Assembly (NCBI GenBank): GCA_903825275.1
Contig: CAIKAA010000431.1
Span: 1-54,975 of the forward strand
Source: an uncultured Fibrobacterota bacterium
GTDB lineage: Bacteria; Fibrobacterota; Fibrobacteria; UBA5070
Length of the DNA stretch: 54,975 nt
Direction of reading: 5' to 3'
Positions 8,498 through 16,531 of the stretch are shown here, piece by piece (positions within the stretch are counted from its first letter, which is position 1; every line of letters begins with the position of its first letter). The position numbers and the translations under genes were made by a program. The notes beneath the pieces are model-generated. The model was not told the origin of the DNA. It did no database searches and worked only from the letters and a program-made list of their open reading frames with translations.

Positions 8498-11131
8498 ATG
8501 AGCGAACTCGCCACAAAATTTCGACACATCTTTTTTCGCATCCAAAACCCGGCGCAACGCCTCGAGGCACTCAAGCTGGTGTTGGAGGAGGAACGGTCCC
8601 GCATTCGCAAAGCTTTCGAAGCCGGGGCCACCGCCACGACCACCGCTGCGGCCATGACCGACCTGGTGGACGCGCTGCTTCGCACCCATCTGGAAGCGCG
8701 GATGAACACGGTCCCCGCTGCCTGGGACATCGCCTTGGTCGCGGTAGGCGGCTATGGACGCCGCGAGATGTGTCCGAAATCCGACGTCGACTTGTTGATC
8801 CTCACCCACCCCAAGCCGGGGCCTGCGGTCATCGGCGAGATCGAACAAATGCTCTACCCATTGTGGGACCTCGGCTTTGTCCTGGGGCAGGCGGTTCGAT
8901 CCATTCCCGAGTGCCGCAAGGCATCGGAAACCGACGTCGAAACTTACACGGCGTTTTTGCAAGAGCGATTCCTGGGTGGAAACTTCGAGCTCTACCGCCA
9001 GTTTGCGGATTTTGTCGTCGAGCGTCCTTCCCGTCGACGCTTGAACCACCTCGTGCAAATGAAGCTGGACGAACGCGACAAGCGACTTGCCTCCCAAGGG
9101 CAGTTGGCGCAAATGCTCGAACCGAATCTCAAGGAAGGCCGAGGCTGTTTGCGCGACCTTCACAATCTGGTGTGGTTGGCAGGCATCCAACACGGCGCCC
9201 GGGGCCTGGAAGATTTGGTGCGACACGGCATCGCCAGCCCCGAAGAGCTGGAAGAGTTGCGCGCCGCCAACGAATATCTTCTGCGTGCCCGCATCGCCTT
9301 GCACCATGTCTCTGGACAAAAAAGCGATCGTCTGGGATTTGCCGAACAAATCGATGTCGCCAAGGCTTTGGGATATGTGAACGACTCGCGCCAGAAGGCC
9401 GTGGAAGTCTTTCAGAAGGACTTCTATCGCCACGTGCGCACTGTGGACTCGGTCACGTCCCAATACTGCGACCAGATCGTTTTCGCCGACCAGAAAAAAA
9501 CCAAAACCAAAAGCGTCGACCCTCGGTTTGTGGTGGAAAACGGCGCCTTGGAAATGACCTTCACGGGTGCCAACCCGTTCTTGGGCAACCTCCAGCTGGT
9601 TCTTGACTTCTATCGCTGCGCCCAGCAAACCTTCGTCTCTGTGGGCGTGCGCACGCGCTGGTACATCCGCCAGGCGGTTTCCGTGATGGTCACTTCGGAA
9701 ATCGATCTGCCTCGCAGCTTGGATCAGCTTTTGTCCATCGCTCGCTCGGCAAGCACCCGCGGGTTCACGCTGCGAGAGTTGCATCGCTTGGGAGTGATCG
9801 ATCTCATCATCCCCGATTTTCGTCTGATCGATTGCCACAGCCAACACGACATCTATCACGTCTACACCACCGATGAACACACATTGACGGTGCTGACTCG
9901 ATTGTCCACGTTGTCCCGCAGCGACGATCCGGTCTTGGCCCATTTGCGGGAAGAACTGAAATCTGTCACCGACATCGACATTCTGTTTCTCGCCGCCATC
10001 TTCCACGACATCGGCAAAGGCGTGGGCCCCGATCACAGCGACTCGGGAGCGCGCATGGCCCGCGCCTACTGCCAACTTGCCGGCTTTAGCGAAGCTCGAG
10101 CGTCACAGGCCGCCGAATTGGTGCAACACCACCTTCTCTTGAACCACATGGCGCAGCGCCGCGACGTGGAAGATCCCAAAACCATCCGCGATCTGTTGGC
10201 GAAGATCCCCGACGAACACCTCTTGCGCAAGCTTTACATCCTGACCTGGGCCGATGTGTCTTCGGTTCATCCCGATGCATGGTCGGGATGGAAGGCCAGT
10301 CTTCTTCATCGACTCTACGAGGCCGCGATGACGGAACTGTTGGTCGAAGTGGAAGCTCCGGTCGATTCGCAATCGCGCCGCGAAGCGTTGGCGCAGGAAG
10401 CTTTCGGACACCCGCGCGAAGAAGTGCTGGAGCATCTCAAACGCTTGCCACGACGCTACGCAAGCTCGGTATCGGCCCGCCAAGTCGCCGATCACATCGA
10501 CCTGCTCCAATCTTTGTCCAGTCGCAAGCGGATCGCCGTGAAGGCCCGCAACCAAGGCTCCCATTGGGATCTCGCAGTGGTCATGCCCGATCGACCAGGG
10601 CTTTTATCACGCATTTGCGCAGGTCTTTCCACCTTGCATTTGTCCATCGTTTCTTCCCAAGTCTACACCCGCGTCGATGGTGTGGTGATCGATACCTTTT
10701 CTGTGATCCCCATGGACAAGATTGGCTTCGCCACCGCGGAAGATCTGGAAAAATCTTGCGAAAAACAAATCGCCAAGGCGCGGGATCTCGATGCCGACCA
10801 ACTTCAAAAGATGGTCGACAGCTACATCCAACGATGGAGCGGATCGGTGTCTCGCATCATGATCCCCGATGTGCGCGTGGAGTTCCACGACCATGCTTCC
10901 GACGACTACACGATCCTCGACATCTCCGGTCCCGACAGGCTTGGGCTGTTGTTCGACCTCACTGCGCAACTCTCGCGCCGACAATGGGTTATCCATTCTG
11001 CGCGAGTCTGCACCGAAGCCGACAAGGCCATCGACTCGTTCTCGCTTTCCACTTCGGAAGGACGAAGAATTCCCGATGACGCGTTTCGCAACGAGTCTCG
11101 CGAAGAGATCGAAAATCTCTTGCGCAAGTAG
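8498..11131 (+). CDS. glnD: [Protein-PII] uridylyltransferase / uridylyl-removing enzyme
   Basis: Nucleotidyltransferase motif GGYGRREMCPKSDVDLLIL, HD domain (FHDIGKG), and two C-terminal ACT-like segments. 877 aa. Confidence 0.9.
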   Translation: MSELATKFRHIFFRIQNPAQRLEALKLVLEEERSRIRKAFEAGATATTTAAAMTDLVDALLRTHLEARMNTVPAAWDIALVAVGGYGRREMCPKSDVDLLILTHPKPGPAVIGEIEQMLYPLWDLGFVLGQAVRSIPECRKASETDVETYTAFLQERFLGGNFELYRQFADFVVERPSRRRLNHLVQMKLDERDKRLASQGQLAQMLEPNLKEGRGCLRDLHNLVWLAGIQHGARGLEDLVRHGIASPEELEELRAANEYLLRARIALHHVSGQKSDRLGFAEQIDVAKALGYVNDSRQKAVEVFQKDFYRHVRTVDSVTSQYCDQIVFADQKKTKTKSVDPRFVVENGALEMTFTGANPFLGNLQLVLDFYRCAQQTFVSVGVRTRWYIRQAVSVMVTSEIDLPRSLDQLLSIARSASTRGFTLRELHRLGVIDLIIPDFRLIDCHSQHDIYHVYTTDEHTLTVLTRLSTLSRSDDPVLAHLREELKSVTDIDILFLAAIFHDIGKGVGPDHSDSGARMARAYCQLAGFSEARASQAAELVQHHLLLNHMAQRRDVEDPKTIRDLLAKIPDEHLLRKLYILTWADVSSVHPDAWSGWKASLLHRLYEAAMTELLVEVEAPVDSQSRREALAQEAFGHPREEVLEHLKRLPRRYASSVSARQVADHIDLLQSLSSRKRIAVKARNQGSHWDLAVVMPDRPGLLSRICAGLSTLHLSIVSSQVYTRVDGVVIDTFSVIPMDKIGFATAEDLEKSCEKQIAKARDLDADQLQKMVDSYIQRWSGSVSRIMIPDVRVEFHDHASDDYTILDISGPDRLGLLFDLTAQLSRRQWVIHSARVCTEADKAIDSFSLSTSEGRRIPDDAFRNESREEIENLLRK

Positions 11132-11205
11132 TCGCAACCATCAAACGATCGATCGGACATATTCTGTCTTACTGAAAAAATGTGGTTTTTTTTCGTCAAG
11201 ACTTG

Positions 11206-11234
11206 TTGACTCAATGAATCGACCAGCGTATCAT
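11206..11234 (+). promoter_or_regulatory. Sigma70-type promoter for the H1-like gene
   Basis: TTGACT (11206-11211), 17-nt spacer, TATCAT (11229-11234). An A/T-rich tract lies upstream. It would give a roughly 110-nt leader before ATG 11350. Confidence 0.55.
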
Positions 11235-11349
11235 TGGGCTAGGACGATCCTGTCTCGGTGTCAACCACAACGATTGCAGGATCTCATACGAAGGGCGCCG
11301 TTCGCGCCGCAATTCAGAAACCATTCGCGACTCCACGGAGGAGAACGCT

Positions 11350-11619
11350 ATGCAGAAAGCCGCTCCAAAAAAAGTTGCTGCCAAGAAGGTTGCCAAGAAG
11401 GCCGCCGCTCCCAAGAAGGCCGCAGTGAAAAAAGCTGCCGCTCCTAAGAAGGCAGTAGCCAAGGTTGTTGTAGCCCCCAAGGCTGCTCCCAAGAAAGTTG
11501 CCGCCAAGAAGGTTGTGGCAGCTCCTGTTGTGACGAAGGCAGCACCCAAGGCTGCTCCCAAAGCCGCTCCAAAAAAGGTCGCGAAGAAAGTTGTAAAGAA
11601 GGCAGCGAAGAAGGCGTAA
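11350..11619 (+). CDS. Histone H1-like Lys/Ala/Pro-repeat nucleoid protein (89 aa)
   Basis: GGAGGAGA Shine-Dalgarno. Protein is MQKAAPKKVAAKKVAKKAAAPKKAAVKKAAAPKKAVAK..., built almost entirely of K, A, P and V in AAPKK/AKK repeats. The gene has its own promoter and terminator. Confidence 0.8.
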   Translation: MQKAAPKKVAAKKVAKKAAAPKKAAVKKAAAPKKAVAKVVVAPKAAPKKVAAKKVVAAPVVTKAAPKAAPKAAPKKVAKKVVKKAAKKA

Positions 11620-11656
11620 GCCTTTCCAACTGTTCCTTTCCGTATTGTAACGTCTG

Positions 11657-11694
11657 CTGCCTTCGGATTTCGGTCCGAAGGCAGTTTTTGTTTT
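11657..11694 (+). terminator. Rho-independent terminator
   Basis: Perfect 11-bp stem CTGCCTTCGGA / TCCGAAGGCAG with 6-nt loop TTTCGG, followed by TTTTTGTTTT. Confidence 0.85.
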
Positions 11695-11840
11695 GTGGCC
11701 GAAGGTTGGGTATCCAATTGCCTTACAGGCGATTCATGAATCGCTCCTACGACATTGATTGACTTTGGGGATCATCCAGGCACAAAACAAAACGAGGGTT
11801 GAATGGATGTTCGCCACTCGGCTACGGCTACGATTGCCGA

Positions 11841-13604
11841 TCACATCCGCTCGACCGGATCCAATCCCAACAGAGTCAGGGCTGCCGCCAACGTTTTCTT
11901 GGCGGCCATCACCAACAGCAATCGCTCTGGGGTCGCCTCGACGTCCAAAACCCGGTGATGGTGCGTGAAGGAATGAATCTTCTCGGCAAGTTCGAGCGCG
12001 TACTGGGCGATGGACGATGGCTCGTTGCCTTCCACAGCCCCGTCGATGCGTTCGCCGAACTGGGTGAGCAAGGATAGGACATCTTCTGTCTGCGGCTCGC
12101 CAAGGAGCTCCCAGCGGGCTTTGGCGGGATCAGGAAGCATCCCGACCTTGCGAAGGATGCCCGCCAAGCGAACGTGGGCGAATTGGATGTACGGACCCGT
12201 GTCGCCTTCAAACGACAAGATGGAATCCAAATCGAACTTGGTGTCGATCAATCGCCGGTTCTTGAGTTCGTTGAACACCAAGGCGCCCACACCCAGGGAT
12301 TCAGCGAGCTTGTCCAACTCCTCGGGAGTGAACCGCTCCTTCTCTTTGCCCTCTGGCTCGGGGTTGCGGTTCTTGGCTAGGGCTTCCATGGTTTCGCGAA
12401 TCCGGACCACCGCCCGATCCAAAACGTCAGGAAGTGGCGCACCCGTTCCCGATCGCGTGCTCACCTTGCTCCACTGGCCTTCTTCATTTTTGCCCAGCAC
12501 CAGACCAAACGGCACGTGCACGCAACCCTTGGCGCAAACTTCGTTCATGCGCTCCAAGACCGCAAACACTTGTTTGAAGTGCAAGCTCTGCCCGGCATCG
12601 ACCACGTACAACGCGCGATCGGTTTGGAATCGTTCTTGGCGCCAGATCGCGGCCGCCAAATCGCGGGTCGCGTATAGAGTCGCGCCGTCGCTCTTGCGGA
12701 TCAAGCAAGGAGGAATGTCGTCGCCCACGCGCACCACTTGGGCGCCTTCGCTCTCCTCGAGGATGCCGGCCTTCTCGATGCGCGCGATGGTGGCAACCAG
12801 CTTGTCTTCATAAAATGATTCACCGAGGAAGTGGTCGAACTTGGCGCCAAAACGCGTGTACACTTCGCTCAATGCCGCGATGGAAACTTCGATGAAGCGC
12901 TCCCAACAGGTGCGGGCGAAGGGCTCCTTTTCTTCGAGCTTGGCAAACCAAGCACGTGCTAGGTCTTCCAATTCGGGTCGGGCTTGGGCTGCAGGCTTGA
13001 AGCCCACATACATCCGGTTGAGGGTTGCCAGCGTGACCTGGGAAAGGTCGGCCAAGGCCGCCTCGCGGTCTTCGTTGTGCTCGGCCAACCACATCGCGAT
13101 CAGCTTCCCGAACTGCGTGCCCCAATCTCCCAGGTGGTTCACCGCCACCACATTCCAGCCAGCCGCAGCGTAGATGCGGCACAGGGCCGCGCCGATCACG
13201 GTGGAACGGATGTGGTGGTACACCAACTCCTTGCCGGCATTGGGCGAAGAGTAGTCGACCAACACATTGCGGCCTTTGCCGGAATCCGTCACCGGAAGGC
13301 CTGGCTCAAGGGTCAAGGCTTCGGTCACCGCAAGGCGCGCCAACACGCCAGGCTTGAGCTTCAAATTGAGGTACCCGCCAACCGCCGAGACCAGAGCGCC
13401 CTCGGGTGCGACCACGGTGTTCGCGAGATCCACGGCGATGGCTTGGGGCGCCTTTCGCAAGGTCTTGGCCAGCGAGAAGCACGGAAAGGCGAACTGTCCC
13501 ATCTGGACATCCGGTGGACGTGCGATGGCTCCCGCCACAACCAGTGGATCTTGTCCCAATGAATCCGCGATGGCTTTGGCAAAGGCCGTCTTGATCGAGT
13601 TCAT
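11841..13604 (-). CDS. argS: Arginine--tRNA ligase
   Basis: 587 aa. VDYSSPNAGKELVYHHIRSTVIG (HIGH-region equivalent) and a typical ArgRS C-terminus ...LGLDPVERM. Confidence 0.9.
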   Translation of the reverse strand: MNSIKTAFAKAIADSLGQDPLVVAGAIARPPDVQMGQFAFPCFSLAKTLRKAPQAIAVDLANTVVAPEGALVSAVGGYLNLKLKPGVLARLAVTEALTLEPGLPVTDSGKGRNVLVDYSSPNAGKELVYHHIRSTVIGAALCRIYAAAGWNVVAVNHLGDWGTQFGKLIAMWLAEHNEDREAALADLSQVTLATLNRMYVGFKPAAQARPELEDLARAWFAKLEEKEPFARTCWERFIEVSIAALSEVYTRFGAKFDHFLGESFYEDKLVATIARIEKAGILEESEGAQVVRVGDDIPPCLIRKSDGATLYATRDLAAAIWRQERFQTDRALYVVDAGQSLHFKQVFAVLERMNEVCAKGCVHVPFGLVLGKNEEGQWSKVSTRSGTGAPLPDVLDRAVVRIRETMEALAKNRNPEPEGKEKERFTPEELDKLAESLGVGALVFNELKNRRLIDTKFDLDSILSFEGDTGPYIQFAHVRLAGILRKVGMLPDPAKARWELLGEPQTEDVLSLLTQFGERIDGAVEGNEPSSIAQYALELAEKIHSFTHHHRVLDVEATPERLLLVMAAKKTLAAALTLLGLDPVERM

Positions 13605-13774
13605 CCCCTTCTCCCCAATCCTTGTTCAAACATCATCGAAGCCGGGTCGAGGAGAGAAACGCGCCCCTCCAATCGACCTTCCTAGTTTCCCCTGTCCTCA
13701 TAGGTTGGCGCACTCGTCGATCCGATTGGAACGAAAGCGACTTCCACTCCACTGGTCGTAGCTGGAATCCAGCC

Positions 13775-14209
13775 TTACGACCAGGTCTCCTCCGATTCGG
13801 CTCCAACATCAAGAGTCTCCTCTTGGTCATGCGACTCGGGCAAAGGATAATCCTCGGGCTTGGCTTCCTCTTGGGGAGCGTCCTTCCACAACCGTTCCAG
13901 CGAGAAGTGTTCGCGGGCGTCTTTCATGAAGACATGCACGATCACCACGCCGAAATCCAGCACGCCCCAGCGGCTGCCGGGAGCGCATTCGGTGCGCAGG
14001 GCGGCGACGCCGTCCTTTCGCAGGTCGCGGCGAAGGCCGGAAAGGATCGCTTGCAGTTGGACTTCGCTTTGGCAGTTGGCCAAAACGAACCAGTCGCACA
14101 AGGAACTTCGTTCGCGCAGGTCGACGGTGGCCACCGATTGGGCTTTGCGCGCGAACAGGTGGGCGATCGCTGCCCGGCGGATATCGTCCGCTTCGAGGTC
14201 TTTGCTCAT
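13775..14209 (-). CDS. rsfS: Ribosome silencing factor RsfS (iojap-like)
   Basis: Internal ATG 14209 (MSKDLEADDIRRA...). Contains VDLRERSSLCDWFVLANCQSEVQLQAI ... WGVLDFGVVIVHVFMKDAREHFSLERLW. The upstream part of ORF 13775..14563 is out of frame with the neighbouring gene. Confidence 0.85.
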   Translation of the reverse strand: MSKDLEADDIRRAAIAHLFARKAQSVATVDLRERSSLCDWFVLANCQSEVQLQAILSGLRRDLRKDGVAALRTECAPGSRWGVLDFGVVIVHVFMKDAREHFSLERLWKDAPQEEAKPEDYPLPESHDQEETLDVGAESEETWS

Positions 14210-14589
14210 GGTAGGTTCTCCTCGAAATCGCGGCCGACAAAAACTGTCACATCGACCAGCAAATTCTCGTTGTGGAAGGACATGGTGGAAGGAACTCCGA
14301 TCGCCTTGGCGACATTCATGGCGACAAAAGGGATCGATCGACGCTCGGCCACCAAAGTCCGAGAATAGTTTCGTTCCGTCGCGTTGCCGATCTTGACGAC
14401 ATCGAATCCATGTCTTCGCAGTCGTTCGGCAACTAGGTTGGCCACCCCTTTGCGGCCGGTGCCGTTGAGCACTTCCACCACTCCGGAAGATCGATTCGGA
14501 ACGGTTTGGACCAAAGGAATCGGGGAAGCATCCTTCGAGAGCCCAGAGGTTTTGCAAGAGCAAAGTCCGGTGGCGAAAACCATCGCCAT
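14206..14589 (-). CDS. LytR_C-domain protein, probable lipoprotein
   Basis: MAMVFATGLCSC start, then VVEVLNGTGRKGVANLVAERLRRHGFDVVKIGNA, typical of the LytR C-terminal domain. Its stop overlaps the rsfS ATG (ATGA). Confidence 0.7.
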   Translation of the reverse strand: MAMVFATGLCSCKTSGLSKDASPIPLVQTVPNRSSGVVEVLNGTGRKGVANLVAERLRRHGFDVVKIGNATERNYSRTLVAERRSIPFVAMNVAKAIGVPSTMSFHNENLLVDVTVFVGRDFEENLP

Positions 14590-14608
14590 CGCAAGATCCA
14601 ACCTCACG

Positions 14609-15070
14609 TCACTGCCACGGCAAGCCGCCCTTCGATCCAATCGGAGCGTAAGGAATGCTCGAATACTGGAACAGCATCCGCACCGATTCGGAAGGCTGGT
14701 ACTCCAATCCAAGCGTGGGAATCAGATAAGCTCCCCGCTGAAAGCCTGTTGCTTGCGGGCCAGAAGCGGAAAGCGGCGTGAGAATTCCCAAATCCAGATG
14801 CAACGTCAACGGATCGGAAAGCCGGTAATCGATGCGATTTTGGTAAAAACTCTGGGACATGCTGGAGCCGCCGCCCGAGGCCGCCGAGAAGGTGACGCTT
14901 TGGTGCATCTCGATCTTTTTCGGATCGGCTAGAACGGGCTGTTGGGATCCCATCCCAATAGAGGGCGCCAAGCCGGATGGGCCTTGGAGAAACGGCGAAA
15001 ATCCCTGGGCAAAACTGGTCCCGAAAAGGCCCAAGACGACGAGCGAAAAAATCCGATAGGCGTTGTCCAT
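14609..15070 (-). CDS. Secreted hypothetical protein
   Basis: Start at MDNAYRIFSLVVLGLFGTSFAQG (signal peptide), 10 nt after the panD stop. No family recognised. Confidence 0.55.
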   Translation of the reverse strand: MDNAYRIFSLVVLGLFGTSFAQGFSPFLQGPSGLAPSIGMGSQQPVLADPKKIEMHQSVTFSAASGGGSSMSQSFYQNRIDYRLSDPLTLHLDLGILTPLSASGPQATGFQRGAYLIPTLGLEYQPSESVRMLFQYSSIPYAPIGSKGGLPWQ

Positions 15071-15080
15071 GACTAGGAGT

Positions 15081-15464
15081 TTACTCTCCGTCGACGGAAT
15101 GCGCCACTCCACCGATCACCGGACGGTTGGATCCATCCACGAATACGACCCGCAGCTTGTGCTGCCGGGCTTCTTCATCGGGAAGATGGCAGTAGGTGAT
15201 CAAAATGACCAAATCGCCAGGTTGCACCAAACGCGCCGCCGCCCCGTTGATGCAAACAACGCCGGTATTCGCGGGCCCCGGGATGGCATAGGTCTCGAAA
15301 CGAGCCCCGTTGGCGATGTCGACGACCTGGATGCGTTCGCCGGGAAGGATGTCGGCATCCTTCATCAAAGCCTCGTCGAGGGTGATCGATCCTTCGTAAT
15401 GCAAATTCGCTTCGGTGATGGTCGCCCGATGGATCTTCGACTTGGCCATTTCACGCATCAGCAT
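15081..15464 (-). CDS. panD: Aspartate 1-decarboxylase
   Basis: KIHRATITEANLHYEGSITLD contains the Gly-Ser self-cleavage site. Typical 127-aa length. Confidence 0.9.
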   Translation of the reverse strand: MLMREMAKSKIHRATITEANLHYEGSITLDEALMKDADILPGERIQVVDIANGARFETYAIPGPANTGVVCINGAAARLVQPGDLVILITYCHLPDEEARQHKLRVVFVDGSNRPVIGGVAHSVDGE

Positions 15465-15467
15465 GAC

Positions 15468-16190
15468 TCAAAACCTCGCGGCCAAAGCCAAACCAGCACC
15501 CTTGGTTTTTGGCACCAAGTTCAACGAAAAGCCCGTCACAGCCTGCTCGCGGTAGTGATGGAACCAAACGTCCGCTCCCGAAGCCAACATGTCGACCCCC
15601 AACAAGGGAAACCAAACTTGGACTGCGGAACCTTCATCTTTGACCAGATTCACGATCGACAAGGTTAGAAACGCCGCACCCAATCCACTCAAAAATCCGC
15701 CCGCGACAAACCGCCCTTCTTGAAATTGCGCGACTCCGGGAGCGACGATCGCCAACAGCAAATTGGGTCGGTCCGGATCGGCAAGGTCGTGGTCCCGCGT
15801 GTATTTGCGTTCCAGATAGCCAATGTTCGAGCCGTTTTGGAGCTGGTCAAACCATTTGTCTTCGGTGATCCCCATGGCTTCCCAAGGTCGGTGGGAATAT
15901 TCACGCACCGAAACACCGCGGGTCACGATGGATTCCACTTTGCTTCGACTCAATCCCAGCTTGTCGATCAACTCGATGTCGATCGCCGACACACCCAAGG
16001 ACTGCCAGTGTTCTTGCAAGCTGGCGCCATCTCCCGCACGCGAAGCGGTGGGCAAGCAAAGAGCCAAAGTCAGGGCAGCCGCGAACCAATAGCCCTTTCG
16101 GACGAGTGCCAAGGTGCATCCTACCTGGTTCATCGGGGTCCTAAACTTCCCATTTCCTTCGGCGATTCTGGCCATTTTTCCTTTTTCCAA
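15468..16190 (-). CDS. Hypothetical membrane/secreted protein
   Basis: Signal-like WFAAALTLALCLPTASRAG, a C-terminal hydrophobic region, and an ...ALAARF end. The start is uncertain (TTG 16190, ATG 16175 or ATG 16133). Confidence 0.55.
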   Translation of the reverse strand: MEKGKMARIAEGNGKFRTPMNQVGCTLALVRKGYWFAAALTLALCLPTASRAGDGASLQEHWQSLGVSAIDIELIDKLGLSRSKVESIVTRGVSVREYSHRPWEAMGITEDKWFDQLQNGSNIGYLERKYTRDHDLADPDRPNLLLAIVAPGVAQFQEGRFVAGGFLSGLGAAFLTLSIVNLVKDEGSAVQVWFPLLGVDMLASGADVWFHHYREQAVTGFSLNLVPKTKGAGLALAARF

Positions 16191-16344
16191 TTCCTTCCGC
16201 CATCCCCGCCTAAGCGGTCGAGGTGCCCAATTGATGGGCTGGCACCTAAGTGCCCCGCAGCAGGTTCATGGCCGATGCGGTCCTCATGACAAACAGAGGC
16301 CTTCGAGTCTGGACAAACAACGGAACTCTGCAACCGAACGTCAA

Positions 16345-16428
16345 TGCCCAAGGACGGAATCGAACCGTCATGGGGTCTCCCCCAGCGGATTTTGAGTCCG
16401 CCGCGTCTACCAATTCCACCACTTGGGC
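16345..16428 (-). tRNA. tRNA-Leu (anticodon CAA)
   Basis: Reverse strand reads GCCCAAGTGGTGGAATTGGTAGACGCGGCGGACTCAAAATCCGCTGGGGGAGACCCCATGACGGTTCGATTCCGTCCTTGGGCA. It has a 7-bp acceptor stem GCCCAAG/CTTGGGC, anticodon stem GCGGA/TCCGC with loop CUCAAAA, a long variable arm, and T-arm GGTTCGATTCC. CCA is not encoded. Confidence 0.95.
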
Positions 16429-16531
16429 TAAGTCACATCAAGCGGCAAAAGATAAGAACGATCAGTCACTTTTCAAAAGGTGCAAGATGATCAAATTCCA
16501 TCGCACCGTTTTTCTTCGTGAACTTTTCTGA

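Noticed and set aside
8426-10075. Long antisense or alternative-frame ORFs: 8426..10075 (-), 8317..9606 (+), 35461..37053 (+), 38655..40058 (-), 1628..3043 (-), 16830..18452 (-), 28064..29122 (-), 570..1472 (-).
   Set aside because: Each lies opposite, or out of frame with, a gene that has strong family motifs (glnD, GH5, miaB, lipoprotein, rnr, adk, rsmA). Their translations are Arg/Gly/Pro-rich low-complexity strings, typical of stop-poor frames in high-GC DNA.
11350-11619. Nucleotide-level repeats in the Lys/Ala-rich gene as a possible CRISPR or tandem-repeat array.
   Set aside because: The repeats are short, degenerate and in frame, inside an ORF with a strong Shine-Dalgarno, promoter and terminator. 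There is no repeat-spacer architecture.
15468-16428. Possible genomic island integrated at the 3' end of tRNA-Leu.
   Set aside because: No integrase, no direct repeat of the tRNA 3' end that I could find, and no compositional change. The adjacent genes (panD and hypothetical envelope proteins) look native.
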